Assembly: GCA_034002405.1 (NCBI GenBank)
Contig: JAVFAS010000005.1
Location: forward strand, 2,092 to 66,091
DNA: 64,000 bases
Reading direction: 5' to 3'
DNA from: Bacteroidota bacterium
GTDB lineage: Bacteria; Bacteroidota; Ignavibacteria; SZUA-365
Below, piece after piece: positions 10,281 through 18,772 of the stretch (positions within the stretch are counted from its first letter, which is position 1; each line of letters begins with the position of its first letter). The notes beneath the pieces are model-generated. The model ran no database searches, had not been told where the DNA came from, and was given only the letters and a program-made list of their open reading frames with translations. Made by a program: the position numbers and the translations under genes.

Positions 10281-10907
10281 ATGCACATGCGACACACACC
10301 GATGATCTTCATACTCCTGCTCGCGACGTCGACCGCGTGTTCCCAGCAGGAATCCGCCGAGGTGAAATCCCGTGCGGCGGATCCGGATCAGGGCTGTGGC
10401 ACCGAACTGATGCTGCCACGCGAGGCATCCGCATCCGTCTCGTCAACTCCCACAGCACCGAGATCGAGGACACCCATGCCGAACACCGTGAAATCCGACG
10501 CGGAATGGAAACAAATGCTGACACCGGAGCAATTCCGCGTGCTCCGTGAGAAGGGAACGGAGCCGGCCTTCACCGGCGCCTTCTACCATCACGACGATGC
10601 AGGCAATTATTCCTGCGCGGGCTGCGGCAGCCTCCTGTTTACTTCGAAGGAAAAATACCATTCCGGTTCCGGCTGGCCGAGTTTCAACGCACCGGCGGTT
10701 CCGGAAAACCTGACGATACAGCGCGACGTCAGCCACGGGATGGTTCGCGATGAAGTACTCTGCGCGCATTGCGGTGGACATCTCGGACACGTCTTCGACG
10801 ATGGGCCAAAACCGACAGGCCTGCGGTACTGCATCAACTCCGTCTCGCTCGAGTTCCAGAAAGCCGCATCCGATTCCAAGGAAGCACGGGGGCAGCAGGA
10901 ACGATAG
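10281..10907 (+). CDS. msrB: peptide-methionine (R)-S-oxide reductase MsrB with N-terminal signal peptide
   Basis: SelR domain with a CxxC...CxxC zinc site (CAGCGSLLF...[16 protein letters not shown]) and the catalytic RYCINSVSL motif. The N-terminus [16 protein letters not shown] looks like a signal or lipoprotein peptide. Start chosen at the internal Met, because the ORF 5' end overlaps sthA on the opposite strand. Confidence 0.82.
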   Translation: MHMRHTPMIFILLLATSTACSQQESAEVKSRAADPDQGCGTELMLPREASASVSSTPTAPRSRTPMPNTVKSDAEWKQMLTPEQFRVLREKGTEPAFTGAFYHHDDAGNYSCAGCGSLLFTSKEKYHSGSGWPSFNAPAVPENLTIQRDVSHGMVRDEVLCAHCGGHLGHVFDDGPKPTGLRYCINSVSLEFQKAASDSKEARGQQER

Positions 10908-11127
10908 ACGCGGGTGACGTGTCTGGAGATCGTAACAAAACAGGGCATTCCTTTGTCTCTTGTTCTGCACTGTTTTTTTGAAGTTTTTCCTGAAGCGAAT
11001 TTCTTAATGCGTTTCATTTGAAAAAGTTGTCTTGATGTGGTGCCGCCTGTTTACACCAAGACTTTTTTTTCATATACTACGCAGACGCGATCCGGAAATA
11101 CTGAATGCACCACTTCTCCGGGCACCC

Positions 11128-14100
11128 ATGGTGATACGTTACGTATTTGCTCTCCTTGTTGCCTTCTCCCTGATTCAGCCGACGAATGCCCAGCCGACAC
11201 TGATCTTCAAACGTGTCGAGGTCATGTATCCGAAAATACGCCTGGCGTTCAAGGTGACCTGCGGGGGAACGTTCAGCAACGACATTCAACCACAGCATTT
11301 CGAAGTGTTCGAGAACGGCATCCAGATGAAGGATGCCACGCTCTGGTGTCCACCCGAGCCCGATTGCTGTGTCTCCGTCGCGCTGGTCTTCGACAAATCC
11401 GGAAGCATGCTCGGTCCGAAGCTCGAGAATCTCAAGCTCGGTGCGCACGCCTACATCAATTCGATGAATCCGGATGGGCTCCCCTGCGACGATGCATCCA
11501 TCATCACCTTCGATACGCTCGCGACACTCGCCGTGCCGACGACCACAAACAAACCCGCGCTGCGGGCGGCGGTCGACGGGATGACTGGAGGCGGGAATAC
11601 CGCCGTGTGGGATGCCACGGTGGCGGGTGTGCATGAACTCGCGCGCGGCGGCACCAACCGCTGCCGGGCAGTGATCGTGCTCACCGACGGGGGCGATAAT
11701 TCCAGCCGTTCCTACCGCACGGTGTTCGAGGTGATCCAACAGGCGCTCGCGTCGGATGTCAAGGTTTACACGATCGGCTTCGGTGTCCTCCCGGGATCGG
11801 GCGCCGACCGCGCCCTCTCGCTCCTCGCCACCGTGACGGGTGGCCAGTATTACCAGACCGGTGTCGGTGACGATCTTTCGCAAATCTACGCCAGCATCAA
11901 GCAGGCGGTGAAGGATGATTATCAGGAATGTTTCATCGAGTATGAAACCGGTTGCCCCGACGGTGGAATGCGCACGGTCGAACTCCGGTTGAACAATTAC
12001 TGCGGGGGCTCGGTCGCACAGACGCGGACGTATATCGCCCCGCTCGACCGCAGCCAGTTCCAGCGCGTTGTCATGCGCATCGGCGATGCCGAGGTCGCGT
12101 CGACGAAGGAATTCATCGTCCCGGTCCGCCTGGAGACACCGGTCGATGCCGTCCTCGGCAAATGCAGTTTCCAGATCGGCTTCGACCGCAACGTGATGTC
12201 TCTGTTGCGCGTGACCACGGATGGCACCCTGCTCGACGGACGTGCCGTCTCCTACAACGCTTCCGGTGCCAGCGTCACGATTCAACTGCAGGAGAATTTC
12301 GAACTTCGGACGGACGGCGGTGTGATGTGTTACCTGCACTTCCGCGCGGGTGATGTCGCCCAGATCGTGAACCGTTATGTGGATCTCATAAATTGGACAT
12401 TCGAAGCCTATTGTCTGATTCCTGAAATGTTCCCCGGCCTCGTCCGCATCAATCCGCGTGAACCGGAAATCACCTGCCAGGTGATGGGTCCCGATGCGCT
12501 GAATTGGAATGACGAGGAAAAACGCTATATCCCGAATCCCTTCAACGTCAGCGTTTCGGTGATCAATACCGGAACGAAAGAGGCCTACAACGTCCGCGCG
12601 ATCATTCTGACCGATCCGTCGATCGTACAACTGGTCACACCGACCGAACCGTCCCAACTGGTCACGCCGCGCAACGTCCCACCGGGAGGGGTGGCAACCG
12701 CGCAATGGACGCTGCGTGCGACGAAACAGGAAAATCTTGATTCGATTCCGATCTATTTTTCCGTGCAGGCCGACAATCACCCTAATATCGCCTGCTGGAA
12801 ACGTATTGTTGTCGACCCCGCATTGAGTTCGGTGATTGCCTGCGAACTGAGCGCACCGGATACGATTTACTTCCGGGAGCAATTCTACGAGCCCGAGGAA
12901 TTCGACATCGATGTACGCGCGCACAATGTGGGCAGCGGACAGACGAAGGACGTTCGCGCGCAGCTGCTGCAGGATACCCGCTTCACGATCGTACCGCCGG
13001 CATCGAAGGAACTCGCACCGGTACTTCTCGCCGGCGAATCGGCGGACGCATCGTTCCGTGTTCGCATGCATCCACGCGAGACCGATGGCTATGACACGGT
13101 CTGGGTCAATGTGCAGGGTGACGACACCAACCCCGCATGGTGTTTCGAACCCATCTGGGTCCAGCGCGTCCGCATGCCGGAATTTACCTTGACCTGCACG
13201 ACACCGATCGATTCGCTGGTGTTCAGCGACGCGACGTATGAATACGAGCCCAATCCGTTCACGGTGACCACCATCGCGCGCAATATTGGCGAAACATACG
13301 CGGAGGAATGTCAGATCATGTTTGTCGGCCCGCCGCGCTTCACCCCGATCGGCACCAACCTCCGTCCGCAGGGCACCATGCAGGTCGGAGACACGCGCAG
13401 CGAACAGTGGAGCATCCGTGCGCTGGACCGTACGGAAGCCGCATGGGATACGCTGGTATTCCAGGTCATCGGACGTGGTGGCCTCGGGAAACAGATCGTG
13501 ATCGCGGAATGCCGACTGCCGGTCTTCGTTCCCGCGGTGCGCCGACCGGAGTATGTCCTCAGCTGTGACGCACCGGATTCGCTGGCGTTCGAGGATAATG
13601 CATACCATCCCGATCCGCTCGTCTTCACGATGCAGATCACGAATGTCGGCAATGCCACCGGGCGTGGTCTTCGGCCGGTGATCATTCCCGCGCCATCGCT
13701 CGCGCTCGCCGATGGCGAAGTCGCGGAGCGCTCTGTACCGGCGCTCGCACCCGGCGAACGCCGCGACCTCTCCTGGCGCCTGCATCCCGAGCCCCGCTCG
13801 CATGACGGCGACTATCGTATCTGTGCCCGCGTGGTGGACTCGGTCGGTCTGAGTGATCAGTGCTGCAGGGACATGTTCATCCCGAAAACGGAGAACCCGA
13901 TCCTGAATGCCTCGTGCTTCAGTATCGACACCGTGTTCATCGACAGCCAGACCGGAGCCTACATCGGAAATCCCTTCGAGGTAACACTCGACCTGTCGAA
14001 CATCGGTCTGGGTGCCGCGGAAAATGTCCGCGTGAGTATTTCGGTGCTTGGTTCGTTCATGCAGGTGATCGATCCACGGGAGATGGTCATGGAAAATGTC

Positions 14101-15339
14101 GATGCCGGCGCATCCGTCCGGCTCTCCTGGAACGTTCAGGCGCTCAAGCGTGACGCTCCCGCCGACATCCCCATTGTCCTGACCATTCGATCAGACAATC
14201 ATGAACCCATCGAATGTCAGGTGGTCGTGCACGTTCCCGCGCTGCTGACCCCGGTGCTCGTGAGCCAATGCTCTTCCACGCCGGAGGACTCGCTCTTCTT
14301 CGACTGGGAGACGGGAACCTTCGAATTCGAGGAATGCACCCTCACGCTCACCGTCACCAATCACGGCGCGGTGAACGCACGCAATGTCACGGCCTTGCTC
14401 GTGCTGCCGTCGGGTGTTGTCCTCTCGACGAATGAAGTGACACTCAAATCCGTCATGCCGTCCGTGCTCGCGCCGAATGAGACCGGAACGGTGACGTGGA
14501 AATTCCGTGCCATGCGATCCAATGAGGATTGGACGCGAGAATTCCGTTTCATTGTTCGTGCCGACAACGCCGACGAAACGCTCTGTCTCGACAGCCTCTT
14601 CATCGAGGGGTCGCCGAAGCATGTGACACTTTCCTTCCCCACGTACACCCTGCTGCGCTTCGGCGAGAAGCAGGATCTTCCGGTCTTCATCGACCGGACC
14701 ATCGGGAAGGATCTGTCCGAATACATTCTGCACGTGTACTACGATCCGTTCATTCACCACATCCTCGGCGTGTCCAATGCCGGCACACACACCGCGATCG
14801 GTTGGGTGGGGGCAAAAATGAAAGATCATGGAAATGGTCATGTGGAAATCAGCGACTATACCACCGGCACGCCACTCGCACGTGAATCGGGCGTGCTTGT
14901 AACATTGCAGGTTGAAGGTTTGTTCAACGGCAACAGCGGCGTGGCCTCGTTCGGTGAGTCCCAGTTGCGCATGGACTCCTCGCTTTCGTCCCTCAATCGC
15001 GGCGAAATCTCGCTCGCAACAATACCCGGTAAAGTCATCGCAACGAATGATTGTCTTGAACCATTGCAGGCAACCGACCAGTACGTTCTTCGACAGAACA
15101 TTCCCAATCCCTTCAATCCGGAGACCGTCATCGAATTCGTCCTCCCGGTGGACGAGCACATCCGTCTCGTGGTGTTCGACCGTCACGGACGGGAGGTCGC
15201 GGTTCTCGCCGAGGGTCCCCACGCCGCCGGCACGCATCGCTTGCGATTCTCGGGCGAGGGGTTGCCGTCGGGTATGTATTTCTACCGGCTGGAAACACCA
15301 CGACAGTTCGATCTGCGCAAGATGGTTCTCTCTCGATAA
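11128..15339 (+). CDS. giant secreted T9SS cargo protein with vWA domain and multiple CARDB/Ig-like repeats
   Basis: - Signal peptide MVIRYVFALLVAFSLIQPTNAQ.
- vWA MIDAS-like region VALVFDKSGSM...TDGGDNSS.
- At least 8 repeats with NxG...A.NV.A CARDB-like signatures.
- C-terminal ~80 aa (NIPNPFNPETVIEFVLP...LPSGMYFYRLETP...KMVLSR) match the Por/T9SS C-terminal sorting domain. Confidence 0.8.
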   Translation: MVIRYVFALLVAFSLIQPTNAQPTLIFKRVEVMYPKIRLAFKVTCGGTFSNDIQPQHFEVFENGIQMKDATLWCPPEPDCCVSVALVFDKSGSMLGPKLENLKLGAHAYINSMNPDGLPCDDASIITFDTLATLAVPTTTNKPALRAAVDGMTGGGNTAVWDATVAGVHELARGGTNRCRAVIVLTDGGDNSSRSYRTVFEVIQQALASDVKVYTIGFGVLPGSGADRALSLLATVTGGQYYQTGVGDDLSQIYASIKQAVKDDYQECFIEYETGCPDGGMRTVELRLNNYCGGSVAQTRTYIAPLDRSQFQRVVMRIGDAEVASTKEFIVPVRLETPVDAVLGKCSFQIGFDRNVMSLLRVTTDGTLLDGRAVSYNASGASVTIQLQENFELRTDGGVMCYLHFRAGDVAQIVNRYVDLINWTFEAYCLIPEMFPGLVRINPREPEITCQVMGPDALNWNDEEKRYIPNPFNVSVSVINTGTKEAYNVRAIILTDPSIVQLVTPTEPSQLVTPRNVPPGGVATAQWTLRATKQENLDSIPIYFSVQADNHPNIACWKRIVVDPALSSVIACELSAPDTIYFREQFYEPEEFDIDVRAHNVGSGQTKDVRAQLLQDTRFTIVPPASKELAPVLLAGESADASFRVRMHPRETDGYDTVWVNVQGDDTNPAWCFEPIWVQRVRMPEFTLTCTTPIDSLVFSDATYEYEPNPFTVTTIARNIGETYAEECQIMFVGPPRFTPIGTNLRPQGTMQVGDTRSEQWSIRALDRTEAAWDTLVFQVIGRGGLGKQIVIAECRLPVFVPAVRRPEYVLSCDAPDSLAFEDNAYHPDPLVFTMQITNVGNATGRGLRPVIIPAPSLALADGEVAERSVPALAPGERRDLSWRLHPEPRSHDGDYRICARVVDSVGLSDQCCRDMFIPKTENPILNASCFSIDTVFIDSQTGAYIGNPFEVTLDLSNIGLGAAENVRVSISVLGSFMQVIDPREMVMENVDAGASVRLSWNVQALKRDAPADIPIVLTIRSDNHEPIECQVVVHVPALLTPVLVSQCSSTPEDSLFFDWETGTFEFEECTLTLTVTNHGAVNARNVTALLVLPSGVVLSTNEVTLKSVMPSVLAPNETGTVTWKFRAMRSNEDWTREFRFIVRADNADETLCLDSLFIEGSPKHVTLSFPTYTLLRFGEKQDLPVFIDRTIGKDLSEYILHVYYDPFIHHILGVSNAGTHTAIGWVGAKMKDHGNGHVEISDYTTGTPLARESGVLVTLQVEGLFNGNSGVASFGESQLRMDSSLSSLNRGEISLATIPGKVIATNDCLEPLQATDQYVLRQNIPNPFNPETVIEFVLPVDEHIRLVVFDRHGREVAVLAEGPHAAGTHRLRFSGEGLPSGMYFYRLETPRQFDLRKMVLSR

Positions 15340-15343
15340 CCGC

Positions 15344-17968
15344 ATGAATACGATGTCGTCCGGCACCGTCGCGGTCTTCCGACGGATTCTTTTCCTCCTC
15401 CCGCTCATGCTGCTTTGCGTCTCCTCGACGCTCGCACAGGATGACACGCGGCGAATTCAGTGTTCGGTGACGGGACCGGATTCCGTGCACTTTGACAAAA
15501 CGGAATTCAACCGATACATCCCCGGCACCTTCCCGATCGAAGTCGAGGTCGTGCATCAGGGCAGTGTCGCCATCGATTCGGTGGTCGCCTTTCCGCGGTC
15601 GAATCAGCGCTTCACGGTCATTCCCCCGGCGAGTATTCTGCTGACGCCGCGTCTCGAACCGGGCGCGTCACAGCGTACCACGTTTTCATTGCGGGTGAAT
15701 CCGCGGGATGAAAGCGGCTACGACACCGTGACCGTTGCCATCTCGGGGAAGGAGGGCGCACGAACGGAATGTCAATGCATCATCTGGGTGGAAAAAGAAT
15801 ACCGCCCGATGAACGAGGTCATCTGCCCTGGCAGCGGCAGCATCCCGATCGTCTTTGTCGATACCCTGAACAGGTATGTGCCAACACCGATCCGCATCCC
15901 CGTGTCGGTGATCAATCATGGTGACGCGCCGTCAAAGGACACGCGACTCTTTTATGTGGCAACCCCCGAGGTCTCACCGGTCTTGGGCCAGCAGCTGATT
16001 CTCGATCTCGGGACCATCGCGCCGGGTGCGCGTGTCGATCGCGTGTTCGAACTCGAGGCCATCCCACGCGACGATGACATTACCGTTTCGCTTCCGTTCA
16101 AAGCGCAGGGGAGGGGAGGCCTCGGCGACCGTCTCATCGATACACTGTGCGCGTTTGATCTCTCGATTCCGCCCGTGCGCGAAGTCCTGTTCGAACTCCA
16201 ATGCGAAAGTGATCCTCACATCCGCTTCGAGGACGGTCACTATATCCCGAATCCGTTTGCGTGGAACGTCCGCATTCGCAATACCGGAAGCAGCCGTGCG
16301 AAGAACGTCCGCGCGGTCATCTCCCTTCCCGTCGCGTATGTGCTCGAGGGCGGCAGCAATGAGCTCTTCATCGGTGACATGGCCGCGGGAGAGGAGCGAC
16401 AGGTTTCGTGGACGGTGCGCGCACGCGCGGTATTGGCGGAAGACACCAGCGAGATCTGCGTCCGCGCCTTCGACGAGTTCAACCGGATGGCGACGTGCTG
16501 TGACAGTCTGATTCTGCCCGCCATGCGGAATCCCGAACTCGAAGCGACCTGCCTGGTCTTGCCCGACAGCATTCATGTCGATTCACAGACAGGACTGTAC
16601 CGGCCGGCCGAGTTCACGCTCACCGCGGATCTTCGCAACATCGGCACGGATGTCGCGGACTCCCTCCAGGCGGAAATCATTATCGCGGATCCTGATATCC
16701 GATTCATTGATCCGCCCGGCGCGCGCCAGGATGTGACGGCCCAGCTTTCCCCCGGCGGTGTCGCGCAGGTGCAGTGGCGTCTCGCGCCACTCGCGGTTTC
16801 CGTACCGCGCGACCTTGCGATACGCGTCCGTTTCACCTCGCGCAACAGCGAAACGGTTTTCACGACCTGCCCGGTCCACATTGCCGCTTCTCTCGCACCG
16901 GCCCTGGATTGCGAGGCATCAACCATCCCCGACGACACGCTGCATTTCAATACCGCCACGCTCGAGCATGATGCGCTGCTGTTCACCGCGACGCTGACCA
17001 ATCGCGGCAGCATCGCCGCACGCGATCTGCAGGCAACCGTCCTGCTTCCGCCTGCCATCGGTATCCCGGCGGAGGAAGCCGCCGTGAAGTATCTCGGCTC
17101 TCCCCTCGGTGTGGATTCCACCTGGCGCGTGACCTGGCGCCTCCAACCCGTAAAGAAGCGGGAGGGATCACTCGATACGATTCGGGTGGAATTCCGGTCG
17201 GGGGTGCATTCGGCCTACTGCGGGGACTGGATTTTCGTCATCGGGATTCCCCCGGTCACGGTGTTCACCATCCCACGAAACATTGTCGAGCGGTACAACC
17301 GCGAGTTCACGGTCCCGATTCTGATCGACGAATCCGAGAACAAGGACATTTCGGAAATCGCGCTCACTGTCGAATATGACGAACGACACATCGAATTCCT
17401 TGCCTGGGAGACGAGCGAGACGTTGCTCGGGCAGGGGTGGACGCTCGACACGGGCGGGGAGGAAGGACGGGTGTTTTTCCTCGCGCGCAATGACACGGCA
17501 CGCCTGCAGGGCATTGGCGAACTCATCCGCATGCGCTATCGTGTTCGTTTCGGAGATGGAGATGATATACTCCGATATGCCTCCTCGCCGCTCGAATTCG
17601 ACTCGCTCGCAAGCAGCGTGAACCGGGGAAGCATCCTTGCCCGGTTCTACAACGGTGATGTGATTGTCAGTGGTGACTGCCTGTATCCTCTGGCCGCGAC
17701 GCGGAAGTATATCGTGCTGAAAAACGCCCCGAATCCCTTCAATCCCTCCACGCACCTGCGGCTCGCTCTGCCGTTGCGCGCACATGTTTCCCTTTCCGTG
17801 TTCGACATGCTCGGACGAGAGATTACCTCGCTGCACGACGGCATGTTGTACGCGGGAGATCACGAATTCTCCTTTGACGGAAGCGGTCTGACCAGCGGGA
17901 GCTATCTCGCGATGCTCCGGATCGATGGGACACCCGTGGCCCTTCGTCGAATGATGCTGCTTCGTTAA
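15344..17968 (+). CDS. paralogous secreted T9SS cargo protein with CARDB/Ig-like repeats (no vWA domain)
   Basis: Signal peptide LLPLMLLCVSSTLAQ. Repeat units align with the upstream gene (for example FTVIPPASILLTPRLEPGASQRTTFSLRVNPRDESGYDTV versus FTIVPPASKELAPVLLAGESADASFRVRMHPRETDGYDTV). The C-terminal sorting domain is APNPFNPSTHLRLALP...LTSGSYLAMLRIDGTPVALRRMMLLR. Confidence 0.8.
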   Translation: MNTMSSGTVAVFRRILFLLPLMLLCVSSTLAQDDTRRIQCSVTGPDSVHFDKTEFNRYIPGTFPIEVEVVHQGSVAIDSVVAFPRSNQRFTVIPPASILLTPRLEPGASQRTTFSLRVNPRDESGYDTVTVAISGKEGARTECQCIIWVEKEYRPMNEVICPGSGSIPIVFVDTLNRYVPTPIRIPVSVINHGDAPSKDTRLFYVATPEVSPVLGQQLILDLGTIAPGARVDRVFELEAIPRDDDITVSLPFKAQGRGGLGDRLIDTLCAFDLSIPPVREVLFELQCESDPHIRFEDGHYIPNPFAWNVRIRNTGSSRAKNVRAVISLPVAYVLEGGSNELFIGDMAAGEERQVSWTVRARAVLAEDTSEICVRAFDEFNRMATCCDSLILPAMRNPELEATCLVLPDSIHVDSQTGLYRPAEFTLTADLRNIGTDVADSLQAEIIIADPDIRFIDPPGARQDVTAQLSPGGVAQVQWRLAPLAVSVPRDLAIRVRFTSRNSETVFTTCPVHIAASLAPALDCEASTIPDDTLHFNTATLEHDALLFTATLTNRGSIAARDLQATVLLPPAIGIPAEEAAVKYLGSPLGVDSTWRVTWRLQPVKKREGSLDTIRVEFRSGVHSAYCGDWIFVIGIPPVTVFTIPRNIVERYNREFTVPILIDESENKDISEIALTVEYDERHIEFLAWETSETLLGQGWTLDTGGEEGRVFFLARNDTARLQGIGELIRMRYRVRFGDGDDILRYASSPLEFDSLASSVNRGSILARFYNGDVIVSGDCLYPLAATRKYIVLKNAPNPFNPSTHLRLALPLRAHVSLSVFDMLGREITSLHDGMLYAGDHEFSFDGSGLTSGSYLAMLRIDGTPVALRRMMLLR

Positions 17969-17980
17969 CCGGACACGACA

Positions 17981-18697
17981 ATGCCATTCCGACTTTTCTG
18001 CATATTCCCGCATCCCGACGACGAGAGTTTTCTCATGGGCGGTACCATCGCCACCCTGACCGCCGCGGGACACGAGGTCTCCCTTTACACACTCACGCGA
18101 GGGGAGAACAGCCGGAACGGTCGCATCCTGGGCCTGGATCCGATCGAAGTCGGTCGACGACGCGCGCACGAAGTCGAGGAGGCGTCGCGCATCCTTGGCA
18201 TTCGTCGGTTGATGCTGGCGGATTATCCTGATGGCGGATTACGGGACATGGATCCGCGCATTCTCGAGCGCGATATCGCGCAAAAAATCCGGGAGCTGCG
18301 GCCACATGTGCTTTGCACGTTTGACGTGCAGGGCAGCTCGGTTCACCCCGATCATATTACCCTGCATCATGTCGTCAAGCGTCTGTTTGTCGCGTTGCGT
18401 GAAGAAATCGACGCACTGCAACGATTGTGTTCCTGCGTCCTCCCAAACGACCGGATCGCGCACTGGCCACGCAAGGTTTTCGGTGTGCCGCGCCACCGCA
18501 TCAATGCGGTCATCGACGTCCGTGCGGCACGCTCCATCGAGGAACAGGCACTGCGTGCACACCAAACCGTCACGCGCGACGTGGCGGAACATAACTATGA
18601 TAACTGGATGCTCTGGGACGAAGAATATTTCAGCTTCTTCCAGGAGCTTCACGACCCCCCGGTCCCGGATCTCTTCGACGGAGTCCGACCTGTCTGA
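17981..18697 (+). CDS. PIG-L/LmbE family N-acetylglucosaminyl deacetylase
   Basis: N-terminal FPHPDDESFLMGGTIA and the HPDH motif (SVHPDHITLH) are typical of the LmbE/BshB/MshB-like zinc deacetylases. Lies 13 nt downstream of the second cargo gene. Confidence 0.8.
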   Translation: MPFRLFCIFPHPDDESFLMGGTIATLTAAGHEVSLYTLTRGENSRNGRILGLDPIEVGRRRAHEVEEASRILGIRRLMLADYPDGGLRDMDPRILERDIAQKIRELRPHVLCTFDVQGSSVHPDHITLHHVVKRLFVALREEIDALQRLCSCVLPNDRIAHWPRKVFGVPRHRINAVIDVRAARSIEEQALRAHQTVTRDVAEHNYDNWMLWDEEYFSFFQELHDPPVPDLFDGVRPV

Positions 18698-18772
18698 CCC
18701 GTACCTCATCCCGCTTCGTGCAATCCGTTCCGCCCACCCGTGCTCGATGCGGTTTCCCCATCGTTCGATCAC

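Noticed and set aside
11077-13803. 908-aa minus-strand ORF inside the first T9SS cargo gene
   Set aside because: Shadow ORF. The plus strand has signal peptide, vWA and repeat structure and the T9SS tail, and the minus-strand product is R/G/D-rich with no motifs.
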